Shown: positions 20,418 to 30,004 of the stretch, piece after piece
Layout: the number at the start of each line of letters is the position of its first letter
Numbering within the stretch: the stretch's first letter is position 1
Origin: an uncultured Poribacteria bacterium
GTDB taxonomy: Bacteria > Poribacteria > WGA-4E > WGA-3G
Reading direction: 5' to 3'
Assembly (NCBI GenBank): GCA_958296135.2
Contig: CATQHZ020000001.1
Location: forward strand, 2,624,001-2,688,000
Length of the DNA: 64,000 bases
The notes under the pieces: generated by a model
What the model was told of the DNA's origin: nothing
The model's input: the letters and a program-made list of their open reading frames with translations, nothing else
The model's database searches: none
Made by a program: the position numbers and the translations under genes

Positions 20418-23400
20418 ATGCCAAGGAAACGACCCAAACTCGAAGAGCATCTCACGCTCCACGCGTGGCTCAACCACCAATTCGGGTATCAGAACACTAG
20501 CGAACTGCTCGCCGACGTAAAACGCGAAGACGAAGGCTTCAACGCAGATGGGCTCTCACCTGTCTGCGCACACCTCATGTCTCGCACAGCCCTCGGGGCG
20601 CAGCTGCACGCCAGGTTGCCGACTTACGATGCCAACATCAAGCGGCACCTTGCTGCCATCAACCGAGCGCGTACGTCGCCAATCGTCCTCCGCTATTTCC
20701 AATACCTCGCCGTGCTCTATACCGAGATTTTCTTGGAGTGGAAATTTAACAGGCCGCGCCAACTCCTTGCCGAACTCAACGCCTTTGTCGAAAAGCGCAA
20801 CGCAGAGAGAGCCCCCGGCGATACCCAAGATGTCCCGTTCACACCAGAAGACATTGAGAAACTCGCCTTCTGGATGGCAACCGGTGCCGGCAAAACGCTC
20901 ATCATGCACCTCAACTATCGTCAGTACTTGCACTACTGCGATAAGCCGTTAGAGCACATCGTCCTCATCACGCCGAACGAAGGGTTGAGCGAGCAGCATC
21001 TCCGCGAACTCGCCGCCTCCGATATCCCGTGCGAACGCTTTAACGTGGAAGGCAACAAACTTTCCCATCGCCGAAACGCCGTCCAGGTCATCGAAATCAC
21101 CAAACTCGTTGAGGATAAAAAAGGCGGCGGCGTGAGCGTCCCTGTGGAAGCATTTGAGGGAAACAACCTCATCTTCGTCGATGAAGGGCACAAGGGCAGC
21201 GGCGGCAAAGTTTGGCGAAGTTACCGCGAAGAACTCGCCGAAACCGGCTTCACCTTTGAATACAGTGCAACCTTTGGACAAGCACTCGCCGCCGCAAACA
21301 ACGCCGAACTCGTTGAGGAATACGGCAAGGCAATCGTCTTTGACTACTCCTACCGCTATTTTTACGGCGACGGCTACGGCAAAAACTTCCGCATCCTCAA
21401 CGTCAAACACGATGAGGCAACCCAAACCGGCACCTTGCTCATGGGCAATCTGCTCAGTTTTTACCAGCAACGGAAGTATTTCAGAGAAAACACCGATGCG
21501 GTGCGCGCCTACGGATTAGAGCCGCCTTTGTGGGCATTCGTCGGCAGTCGGGTTAAGGCTATCTACACCGAAGCCAAAAAAACGCGCTCCGATGTGCTCA
21601 ACGTCATCAGGTTTCTGCATCGGGTATTAGCAAACGAAAACGGGTGGGCAATCCGCACTATCGCCGAGATTCTGAACGGCAATTCGGGCTTAGCGGATGA
21701 AGATGGCACCGATGTCTTCGCCAATCGACTCGCCTATCTCAAGGGAACCGACAGCGGGGCTGCAGAGATTTACAACGGCATCCTCACTGAGGTTTTCCAC
21801 ACGAGCACGAGCGGCGCGCTGCATCTCTGCGATGTTCGCAGCGCGCAGGGAGAAATCGCCTTAAAAGCAACGAACGGCACCAACTCCTTTGGGCTCATCT
21901 ACATCGGCGATACCCCCGCTTTCAAAAAACTGGTAGCCGCCGATAAGAGCGGCATCGTCTCAGAACCGGAAGATGTCATGAGAGAAGGCTTCTTCAGCGA
22001 CATCAACCAGCCCAACAGCCCCATCAATATCCTCATCGGCGCAAAGAAGTTCCTTGAAGGCTGGGACAGCTGGCGCGTCAGCGCGATGGGACTGCTCAAC
22101 ATCGGCAGAAAGGAAGGTTCGCAGATTATCCAACTGTTCGGACGCGGTGTCCGCCTCCGCGGCAAGGACATGAGTCTCAAGCGCAGTGCCGCCTTGGAGG
22201 GTAAACACCCGTCAAACCTCTCGCTGCTGGAAACGCTTAACATCTTCGCCGTGCGCGCCAATTTCATGGCTCAATTCCGCGAGTATCTCACCCGCGAAGG
22301 CGTTCCAACCGAAGAGCCCGTTCAAGTAATCGTGCCAATCCAGCGCAACGAGGACTTCCTCGCGCGCCGCCTCTATGTGCCAATCGTCAAATCATACGAC
22401 CGGTTTGCCAAAGGTGAATGCGTTCCCCTTCAACCGGATAGCAACGCGTATATCACCCACTGCACGCAGCAACTTGATATTATCGGGAGCAGCTCACAAA
22501 CAGGTATCCAAACGGGAGAAGCAGAGGCAGCTTTGGAACGCCAAATCCCAGCGGCAAGCCTGAAACTCGTAGACTGGGAGAAGATTCACCTCCAGCTGCT
22601 TGAATACAAACAGGAAAAACGGTTTCATAACCTCGTATTTGATACCGAAGTCCTCAAGCAGATTCTGGAACCTGATAAGGAATTGTATGGCCTCAAGGTG
22701 ATGCACGAAGCTGAAGTTGAACCGACATCCTTGGCAGGAATCGCGCGGTTAGAGGAATTGGTGCTGAGCCTCCTCCGCAAGTACATCGCCAAATTCTACG
22801 GAAACATTCGGAAGCAGTGGAGCGAGAATCGGGTGAGATTAGGACGGTTAGACGAAAAGGATGCCAATTTCACCGATTGGACTGTCTATGTTCCCCGAAC
22901 CGAGGCCACCGAACTTGAACCGCTCATCCTCAAACTGATAGAAAACGAAGAAATTTACGGACCCGATTTTACTTCCTTGCCCAACGCCTATAACGACAGG
23001 CATCTCTATCAACCGCTTTTGACGGTAGGCGAAGTGAGAACAACGCCGCCCGCTTTGGAACAGAGCGAGACCAGCTTCGTGAAGGACCTGCGTCGTTACG
23101 TTCGCGAGCATCGCGACGGACACCTGGCCGCAAAAGAGATATTCCTCCTGCGAAACCAAAGCCGCGGCAAAGGCATCGGCTTCTATCAGAACGAAGGTTT
23201 CTATCCCGATTTCATCCTCTGGATAACCGAGGGACCGAAACAACGCATCGTCTTCATTGAACCGCACGGCATGGTACACGAGGCGATTAATGAGCACAAC
23301 GATAAAGTCACTCTTTTCAAGCGGCTGCGCGATGTGTCATACAACCACTTCCGCGGCGAGCACGTGCAACTGGATGCCTTCATCATCTCCAAAACCGATT

Positions 23401-23525
23401 TCCCGCAGATGCGTAAAAATTGGAACATGGCTCGGGCCGAGTTCGCGGCATGGCACATCCTCTTCCGCAGTGCAGACAGGCAGCAGACCGGTTACCTCGC
23501 GCCAATTTTCACTGAAACATCCTGA
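20418..23525 (+). CDS. res: Type III restriction endonuclease Res subunit (SF2 helicase plus PD-(D/E)xK nuclease)
   Basis: FWMATGAGKT, FVDEGH, EYSATF, EGWDSWRV, QLFGRGVR and FYPDFILW..FIEPHG; ATG at 20418 after AAGGA. Confidence 0.9.
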   Translation: MPRKRPKLEEHLTLHAWLNHQFGYQNTSELLADVKREDEGFNADGLSPVCAHLMSRTALGAQLHARLPTYDANIKRHLAAINRARTSPIVLRYFQYLAVLYTEIFLEWKFNRPRQLLAELNAFVEKRNAERAPGDTQDVPFTPEDIEKLAFWMATGAGKTLIMHLNYRQYLHYCDKPLEHIVLITPNEGLSEQHLRELAASDIPCERFNVEGNKLSHRRNAVQVIEITKLVEDKKGGGVSVPVEAFEGNNLIFVDEGHKGSGGKVWRSYREELAETGFTFEYSATFGQALAAANNAELVEEYGKAIVFDYSYRYFYGDGYGKNFRILNVKHDEATQTGTLLMGNLLSFYQQRKYFRENTDAVRAYGLEPPLWAFVGSRVKAIYTEAKKTRSDVLNVIRFLHRVLANENGWAIRTIAEILNGNSGLADEDGTDVFANRLAYLKGTDSGAAEIYNGILTEVFHTSTSGALHLCDVRSAQGEIALKATNGTNSFGLIYIGDTPAFKKLVAADKSGIVSEPEDVMREGFFSDINQPNSPINILIGAKKFLEGWDSWRVSAMGLLNIGRKEGSQIIQLFGRGVRLRGKDMSLKRSAALEGKHPSNLSLLETLNIFAVRANFMAQFREYLTREGVPTEEPVQVIVPIQRNEDFLARRLYVPIVKSYDRFAKGECVPLQPDSNAYITHCTQQLDIIGSSSQTGIQTGEAEAALERQIPAASLKLVDWEKIHLQLLEYKQEKRFHNLVFDTEVLKQILEPDKELYGLKVMHEAEVEPTSLAGIARLEELVLSLLRKYIAKFYGNIRKQWSENRVRLGRLDEKDANFTDWTVYVPRTEATELEPLILKLIENEEIYGPDFTSLPNAYNDRHLYQPLLTVGEVRTTPPALEQSETSFVKDLRRYVREHRDGHLAAKEIFLLRNQSRGKGIGFYQNEGFYPDFILWITEGPKQRIVFIEPHGMVHEAINEHNDKVTLFKRLRDVSYNHFRGEHVQLDAFIISKTDFPQMRKNWNMARAEFAAWHILFRSADRQQTGYLAPIFTETS

Positions 23526-23765
23526 GCCCCGAAAACGCCCCGCGGCCTGTCCCTCGCCAGCCCCGTAGCGCGAAGCCCTGTCCCTCGCTGTACAACGCGC
23601 GTCCGTAGGAAAACCAGAGCACCCGAGCTCGCCCGGCTGCGGAAGAGCAGCCTCCGAACCACGCTTTCCACCGTTATCACAACACGCCTATAATCCTGCA
23701 AATCCGCGAGTCAGACAATTTTTCCCTTGCCATTCCCCCGTAAATTATGCTAAAATATTCACACG

Positions 23766-25151
23766 ATGAAACAACACGACTTAAAATACGCACAGCAAGC
23801 CCTCAGCACTCTTCTCGGAGCCCGCTTCACCACTGACGATGCCATCCGAGACACGCATGCTCGCGATGCCTCCTATCATCGCGGCGCGCTCCCGGCAGCC
23901 GTTGCATTCCCGAAAAGCAACACCGAAATCGCCGACATCGTCAAAATCTGCGCGAAGCACCGAATACCGATAATCCCCTACGGTACAGGCACCGGCGTTG
24001 AAGGTGCTGCTGTCTCCATGGAAGGCGCGCTGAGTATCTCGCTAAAAAACATGCATAACATCCTCCGCGTCAGCGAAAGCGACAGAGATGCCACCGTCCA
24101 AGCCGGGGTCACGCGACTGCAGCTGAACACACACCTCGCCGAAATCGGCACGAAACTGCATTTCCCAGTCGACCCGGGTGCCGATGCCTCCCTCGGCGGC
24201 ATGGCGGCAACGCGCGCCTCTGGCACCAGCGCGGTCTGCTACGGCACGATGCTGGACAACATCCTCGGCTTGACAGTCGTCACCGCCGATGGTACAATCG
24301 TGCGAACCGGCGGGCGCGCCCGAAAATCCGCCGCCGGCTATGATCTGACGCGCCTCTTCGTCGGCTCGGAAGGCACGCTAGGCATAATCACCGAGGTGAC
24401 GCTCAAATTGACGCGGTTGCCGGAAGCAGTCGCCGCCGCTGCCTGTGCTTTCCCGACGGTAACGGCCGCTGTCGACACAGTCATCCGTCTCATGGAAACC
24501 GGCATCCGCCTCGCACGCATTGAATTGCTAGACGAACTGCAGATGGACGCTGTCAATAAACATTCAGGGTTAGACTGCAAAGTCGCCCCGACGCTCTTTT
24601 TTGAGTTCCACGGTTCAGCGCAAACCGTCGCCGAAAGTTCAGAGACAGCAGGTGCCCTCGCATCGAAACACGGCGGCGCGGATTTCCAATGGGCCACAGA
24701 GGAAACCGAACGCAAACGACTCTGGCAAGCGCGCTACGATAGCTATTACGCCGCATGTAACCTCCGTCCCGGCTCCGTCGGATACGTCACAGACGTGTGC
24801 GTTCCGATTTCCCGATTGGCGGAATGCATCGCCAAAACCAAAACACTGCTGGAGACATCCGACATGGTAGTCACCCTCCTCGGGCACGTCGGCGATGGAA
24901 ATTTCCACGTCGTCTTCCCGATAGAACCGAACAACCACGACGAAGTGGCAAAAGCGCAAGACCTCAGTCGTCAAATTGTCGACATCGCTTTGGAGATGGG
25001 CGGCACCTGTACCGGCGAGCACGGAGTCGGCATCGGCAAACGCGAGGCATTAGCAAAGGAACACGGCGACGCAGTTAACGTAATGCGCGCCATCAAAAAC
25101 GCACTCGACCCGGGCAACATCATGAACCCCGGCAAAATTTTCATCCAGTAG
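23766..25151 (+). CDS. FAD-linked oxidase, D-lactate dehydrogenase (cytochrome)/GlcD family
   Basis: DPGADASLGGM, GYDLTRLFVGSEGTLG, GHVGDGNFH and GEHGVG. Confidence 0.9.
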   Translation: MKQHDLKYAQQALSTLLGARFTTDDAIRDTHARDASYHRGALPAAVAFPKSNTEIADIVKICAKHRIPIIPYGTGTGVEGAAVSMEGALSISLKNMHNILRVSESDRDATVQAGVTRLQLNTHLAEIGTKLHFPVDPGADASLGGMAATRASGTSAVCYGTMLDNILGLTVVTADGTIVRTGGRARKSAAGYDLTRLFVGSEGTLGIITEVTLKLTRLPEAVAAAACAFPTVTAAVDTVIRLMETGIRLARIELLDELQMDAVNKHSGLDCKVAPTLFFEFHGSAQTVAESSETAGALASKHGGADFQWATEETERKRLWQARYDSYYAACNLRPGSVGYVTDVCVPISRLAECIAKTKTLLETSDMVVTLLGHVGDGNFHVVFPIEPNNHDEVAKAQDLSRQIVDIALEMGGTCTGEHGVGIGKREALAKEHGDAVNVMRAIKNALDPGNIMNPGKIFIQ

Positions 25152-25235
25152 ACAGGAACTCCCTGTCCTAATTTAGAGCCTGTAAGGACGGATTTCTATG
25201 GTTTCCGCCCTTACGTTAACAGTAATGTTTATAGA

Positions 25236-26237
25236 ATGCCAAACAACTGGAAAATCCTCATCACCGATTACGCCTGGCCCTCCGTTGAGCCCGAACGCCA
25301 AGTCCTCGCCCGCGTCGGCGCGGCACTCATCGTCGCCGAGAGCGGTGACGAAGCAGAGCTCCTCTCCCTCGCACCGACGATAGACGGCATCCTCACCTGC
25401 TGGAAACCGGTGCGCGAGAACGTCATCGCCGCCGCCAAAAAATGCCAGATTATCGGCCGCTGCGGCATCGGATTAGACAACATTGACGTAGCCGCAGCCA
25501 CGCAACACGGCATCGTTGTTACCAACGTGCCTGCCTACTGCATCGATGAAGTATCCGACCAGGGTATGGCACTCCTGCTCGCCTGCGCCAGAAAAATCCC
25601 GCGTTATGATGCCGCCGTTAAAAACGGGACATGGGCACAAAATATCGGGCCACAGATGTATCGGTTACGTGGAAAAACCATCGGCATTATCGGATTTGGA
25701 CGAATCGCGAAGGCTGTTGTCCCCAAAGCAAAGGCGTTTGGGTTGCAGGTAAACGTCTATTCGCCGCGCACACCGCACGAAACAATCCGTACACACGGCG
25801 CAGAAAAAGTCGCTTTCGCAGCACTCCTCGCAACCGCGGATTTCATCACAATCCATGCACCGCTGACAGAGGAAACGCAGGGTATGTTCGGGCCAGCCGA
25901 ATTTCGCGCAATGAAACCGACAGCGTTTCTGATTAACACCGCCCGCGGCGGCATCGTTGATACCGAAGCATTAACGGCAGCCCTCATCAGCGGAGAAATC
26001 GCCGGGGCGGGCCTTGATGTCTTGGAGACCGAACCACCCAAACCGAACGAGCAACTGCTAACGTGCGACAATGTCATCATCACGCCGCACACAGCGTTTA
26101 TCTCACAGGAGGCACTCCTCGATTTAGAAGTCACTGCAGCCTCGTGCGTTGCCCAAGTCTTGACAGGACAGTGTCCAGAATCGGTAGTCAATCCGGAGGT
26201 TTTGGAACGTCCAAATCTCCGCGCACGCATTTTGTAA
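25236..26237 (+). CDS. D-isomer-specific 2-hydroxyacid dehydrogenase (CtBP-like)
   Basis: VTNVPAYC..EVSD, GIIGFGRI, INTARG, LDVLETEP and TPHTAF. Confidence 0.9.
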   Translation: MPNNWKILITDYAWPSVEPERQVLARVGAALIVAESGDEAELLSLAPTIDGILTCWKPVRENVIAAAKKCQIIGRCGIGLDNIDVAAATQHGIVVTNVPAYCIDEVSDQGMALLLACARKIPRYDAAVKNGTWAQNIGPQMYRLRGKTIGIIGFGRIAKAVVPKAKAFGLQVNVYSPRTPHETIRTHGAEKVAFAALLATADFITIHAPLTEETQGMFGPAEFRAMKPTAFLINTARGGIVDTEALTAALISGEIAGAGLDVLETEPPKPNEQLLTCDNVIITPHTAFISQEALLDLEVTAASCVAQVLTGQCPESVVNPEVLERPNLRARIL

Positions 26238-26285
26238 GGGCGGATGGCCATAGTTTCCGCCCGTTCATAAATAGGAGAACTCAGC

Positions 26286-27479
26286 ATGCAACAACTCCCC
26301 GACGCAACGGGACATTTTGGACAATTCGGCGGTAGATACGTCCCCGAAACGCTCATGCCCGCCTTACTTGAGCTGGAAGCGGCATACAACACCCTGAAAT
26401 CCAATCCCGATTTCCAAAGCGAATTTCAGGCATACCTCAGCGAATATGTCGGCAGACCGAATCCGCTTTACTACGCCGAACGCTTGACACACGCACTCGG
26501 CGGCGCGAAAATATATCTGAAACGCGAAGATCTGAACCACACCGGCGCACATAAAATCAACAGTGCCATCGGGCAAATCCTGCTCGCGCGCTGGATGGGC
26601 AAAAAGCGCATCATCGCCGAAACTGGCGCAGGACAGCACGGGGTTGCAACCGCCACCGTCGCCGCAAAATTCGACATCAAGTGCGAGGTCTACATGGGCG
26701 AAGAGGACATTGAACGCCAGGCCCTCAACGTCTTCCGGATGCAGCTGATGGGCACGAAGGTAGTCCCTGTCAATTCCGGTTCGCGCACACTGAAAGACGC
26801 TATCAACGCCTGCTTCCGCGATTGGGTGACGAATGTGCGCAGCACCTATCTCCTCCTCGGTTCCGTTGTCGGCGCGCATCCGTACCCGATGATTGTCCGT
26901 GATTTTCAAGCCGTTATCGGCAAAGAAGCGCGCTCGCAGATTGTGGAGAAAGAAGGAAAACTGCCCGATTGCATCGTCGCGTGCGTCGGCGGCGGCAGCA
27001 ATTCGCTCGGCATGTTCTACCCCTTTTATGCCGATGCAGAAGTCAAACTCATCGGCGTAGAAGCCGCCGGCGAGAGCATCCGCAGCGGCAGACACGCCGC
27101 TCCCCTCACCGCAGGAAGCGTCGGCGTATTTCACGGTGCCAAGTGCTACCTGTTGCAAGAAGATGACGGACAAATAACCCCCGCGCACTCAATCTCCGCA
27201 GGATTGGATTACCCCGGCGTCGGACCGGAGCATAGTTATTACCGAGAAACGGGTAGGGCAGAATATGTCCCCATCACGGACGCAGAGGCTGTGGAGGGAT
27301 TTCAGCTGTTATCGGAAACGGAGGGCATCATCCCCGCATTAGAATCGGCGCACGCCATCGCCTACCTCCGCAAACTCGCCCCGACGATGGAGGCAGACCA
27401 GGTTATCGTCGTCTGTCTCTCCGGACGCGGCGACAAAGATGTCTATACCATCGCAAACGAATTAGGCGTGAGTCTGTAG
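26286..27479 (+). CDS. trpB: Tryptophan synthase beta chain
   Basis: [35 protein letters not shown] and LSGRGDKD. Confidence 0.97.
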   Translation: MQQLPDATGHFGQFGGRYVPETLMPALLELEAAYNTLKSNPDFQSEFQAYLSEYVGRPNPLYYAERLTHALGGAKIYLKREDLNHTGAHKINSAIGQILLARWMGKKRIIAETGAGQHGVATATVAAKFDIKCEVYMGEEDIERQALNVFRMQLMGTKVVPVNSGSRTLKDAINACFRDWVTNVRSTYLLLGSVVGAHPYPMIVRDFQAVIGKEARSQIVEKEGKLPDCIVACVGGGSNSLGMFYPFYADAEVKLIGVEAAGESIRSGRHAAPLTAGSVGVFHGAKCYLLQEDDGQITPAHSISAGLDYPGVGPEHSYYRETGRAEYVPITDAEAVEGFQLLSETEGIIPALESAHAIAYLRKLAPTMEADQVIVVCLSGRGDKDVYTIANELGVSL

Positions 27480-27543
27480 TCCACAGCACCCGCAGCCCGC
27501 AGCACCAGGGACAAGCCCTCGCCACGCCGCAAGCAAACGCCTG

Positions 27544-27957
27544 CCACCCCGTAGCGCGAGGGCCTGTCCCTCGCAAGGCCACACGCCCCGCCACTCCGTA
27601 GCGCGAGGACCTGTCCCTCGCAAGGCCACACGCCCCGCCACCCCGTAGCGCGAGGACCTGTCCCTCGCAAGGCTACACGCCCCACCACCCCGTAGCGCGA
27701 GGACCTGTCCCTCGCAAGGCCACACGCCCCACCACCCCGTAGCGCGAGGACCTGTCCCTCGCAAGGCCACACGCCCCACCACCCCGTAGCGCGAGGACCT
27801 GTCCCTCGCAAGGCCACACGCCCCACCACCCCGTAGCGCGAGGACCTGTCCCTCGCAAGGCCACACGCCCCGCCACCCCGTAGCGCGAGGGCCTGTCCCT
27901 CGCAAGGCCACACGCCCCGCCACTCCGTAGCGCGAGGGCCTGTCCCTCGCAAGGCCG
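27544..27957 (+). repeat. Tandem array of nine family B GTAG-REPs with a 47-bp period
   Basis: GTAG at 27551, 27598, 27645, 27692, 27739, 27786, 27833, 27880 and 27927; unit GTAGCGCGAGGRCCTGTCCCTCGCAAGGCCACACGCCCCRCCACYCC. Confidence 0.92.
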
Positions 27958-28033
27958 CAAATCCTAAAAATTTGCTATTCAAACGCAAACTATGGTATAA
28001 TAATTTTGTCGAACACAAAAAAGGCGGCTTTTC

Positions 28034-28266
28034 ATGCACGAAGACGAACAAATTTTGAAAGCCGTTGAAAACCTGACCCGACGCTTTGAAACCTTTCGCG
28101 ACGAGACACAAAAACATTTTGAGTCCTTGGAGCGCGAAGTCGGCTGGATTCGCGACAGACTTGAAGGAAGAGAAGAGGCGAAGCAATCGCGCGGCGCGCG
28201 ACTTAGATAGCCATCGTATCGGCTCTCATCGCGCTCGCTGCATTGATTAAGAGTTTTTTCCCGTAG
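28034..28266 (+). pseudogene. Frameshifted small coiled-coil plus TM protein, same architecture as 16486-16815
   Basis: ORF MHEDEQ..ARLR stops at 28210; the TM tail IAIVSALIALAALIKSFFP continues in another frame (28207-28266); TGnTATAAT promoter at 27993-28001. Confidence 0.55.
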
Positions 28267-28284
28267 GAACGAAGGAGAAAACTG

Positions 28285-28887
28285 ATGACGCAAAAAGCCA
28301 ACAGACCGGTTGCAAACCGGTCCCTATCACAAAAAATCCGCAGGCTAATCCATTGGCTCTCGCACCGAGACGGACCGCTCCGAAATTGGCGGTATATCCC
28401 GACTCGGTTGCTCTTGCGGAAATTGCGCTCTGAGTCCTACGAAATCCGTGCCTACGCCGCAGAAGGCTTAGGCTCCATCGGCGACGTGCATGCTATCGCA
28501 CCACTCATCGGCGCATTAACCGATGAAAACACCACCGTCCGCCGGTTCGCCATTTCCTCGCTAGGGCATCTCCGCGATGAACGCGCTGTTGATGTCCTGA
28601 TTCCGTTCATCCAAGATGAAGAACCGGATATGCGATGCGCCGCTGTCGTCGCACTCGGAGAACTGGGCTTAACTCCAACGCCGCCGGGCCAAGTCATAGA
28701 GGCCCTAATAGCCAGCATGGCGGATACCGACAGAGCCGTCTGCTCCGCCGCCGTCGTCGCACTCGGCAGAATTGGCAATCCACAGGCGGTCTCCGCGCTC
28801 AACGCTTTGGCAGAAACAACCGAAAGTGAATGGGTCCGCCGCTACATCAGCGAGGCCTTACACCAGATCGAAGAACAAAACGCATAA
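28285..28887 (+). CDS. HEAT-repeat (PBS lyase-like) protein
   Basis: Repeated VR..A..ALG.IG...A units; AAGGAG RBS. Confidence 0.85.
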   Translation: MTQKANRPVANRSLSQKIRRLIHWLSHRDGPLRNWRYIPTRLLLRKLRSESYEIRAYAAEGLGSIGDVHAIAPLIGALTDENTTVRRFAISSLGHLRDERAVDVLIPFIQDEEPDMRCAAVVALGELGLTPTPPGQVIEALIASMADTDRAVCSAAVVALGRIGNPQAVSALNALAETTESEWVRRYISEALHQIEEQNA

Positions 28888-28901
28888 GGAGAACGGCTCT
28901 C

Positions 28902-29156
28902 ATGGCGCAACTCAAATGTTCGCGATGCGGTTCTGAGAAAATCATGCGCAATTTAAAAATTCAGGACCGCGGTGACGGAAACTGGTCCCACGACTTAGAA
29001 GTCGAAATTCACGGTAAACCCGAGGCCCTGGTTTTCAAAGATACCCATCGGGAGGCACTGCGTGCAACCGTGTGCGGCGAATGCGGCACCGTCGCGCTAA
29101 CCGTTGATAATCCACAGGCGTTATGGAAAATCTATTCACAACAGCAGCAGAATTAA
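28902..29156 (+). CDS. Small CxxC...CxxC putative zinc-binding protein
   Basis: CSRC and CGEC motifs; AAGGAG RBS. Confidence 0.7.
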   Translation: MAQLKCSRCGSEKIMRNLKIQDRGDGNWSHDLEVEIHGKPEALVFKDTHREALRATVCGECGTVALTVDNPQALWKIYSQQQQN

Positions 29157-29160
29157 ACCG

Positions 29161-29637
29161 ATGATTATCCGTTTCAAAAAAGGCAAACATCAGGGAAAGC
29201 ACAAACCCGACACGCTCACCTGCATCCGCGACGACAGCAGTATCACGTGGACGCATCTCCACAGCGGGTTCGTGCAGCATGACCTCGGGCACTACGTCGC
29301 CGAAACGACATGCGGTTTCAAAAATGCCTTTTTCAGCCTCGTCGCAAAAGGGCACGACATCCCCGATTTCAGCCGCCCCAAATCCGAACGTCCCTTTGAA
29401 ATCCCGCAAGAAGCAACGGCAGTAGAACCGCTCGTTGCCCTGTTACAAGCGGAATTGTGGGAGAGTTTTCCAGCACCGCTGCTTGAGAGCAACAGCGCGT
29501 GCCTCCCTCCAAACGTCACTGAGGCGCAAATTGAATCAATGCGCAAGCAACTGCGCGAATTGTTGCGGCGATGGGGCAACTTAGAACCGGGGGAATCAAT
29601 GGAACTAGAATTTGGACCCAGTGCGTCTCACGACTAA
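29161..29637 (+). CDS. Hypothetical protein with an HDxxHxxxE motif
   Basis: QHDLGHYVAE; follows the previous gene closely. Confidence 0.65.
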   Translation: MIIRFKKGKHQGKHKPDTLTCIRDDSSITWTHLHSGFVQHDLGHYVAETTCGFKNAFFSLVAKGHDIPDFSRPKSERPFEIPQEATAVEPLVALLQAELWESFPAPLLESNSACLPPNVTEAQIESMRKQLRELLRRWGNLEPGESMELEFGPSASHD

Positions 29638-29721
29638 ACTTCCACAATTGCCCTCTTTACCCTCGTCAGGGGCGAGATGTTTATGGATTCCACGTGGAAA
29701 AATTGAAAAACTGATTTTAAT

Positions 29722-29750
29722 TTGACAAATAGTTAGAAATATCGTATAAT
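29722..29750 (+). promoter_or_regulatory. Consensus sigma70 promoter
   Basis: TTGACA-17bp-TATAAT. Confidence 0.75.
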
Positions 29751-29756
29751 TAAAAG

Positions 29757-29930
29757 CAACGCTTACTCATTTCTAGCAAACTGCCCTCTATCGGCAAAAA
29801 GTGATGGGTTTGAGGCAGGTTTGACTGAGACAAGCGCGCCGGCACACTTTTCACGTGGCAAACGAAACGGGTTCTCCACGTGTTTCCTCACCCCTGCCGT
29901 AATGAGCGGAGATGACATTCCATCTCCGCA
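29757..29930 (+). ncRNA. Candidate structured RNA or 5' leader with three hairpins
   Basis: Starts just after the consensus promoter; three hand-folded stems; no convincing ORF. Confidence 0.35.
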
Positions 29931-30004
29931 CGAAAAAAGTTTGACATCAGGACTATTCTGTGTGAGACTTGCTATGTCAATAACCGATAAAGGAAATAGA
30001 GATA

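Noticed and set aside
27544-27957. CRISPR array
   Set aside because: The segments between repeats are near-identical rather than unique spacers, the unit is a GTAG-REP found elsewhere in the window, and no cas genes are present.
27443-28186. Repetitive ORFs (RGTGPRATG...) on the minus strand
   Set aside because: They are translations of the REP array with no RBS or domain; the same applies to ORFs at 16312-16932, 20183-20500 and 42231-42762.
29757-29930. T-box, c-di-GMP riboswitch or retron msr-msd
   Set aside because: No T-box consensus, an incomplete c-di-GMP-I pattern and no nearby reverse transcriptase; retained only as an unclassified candidate RNA.
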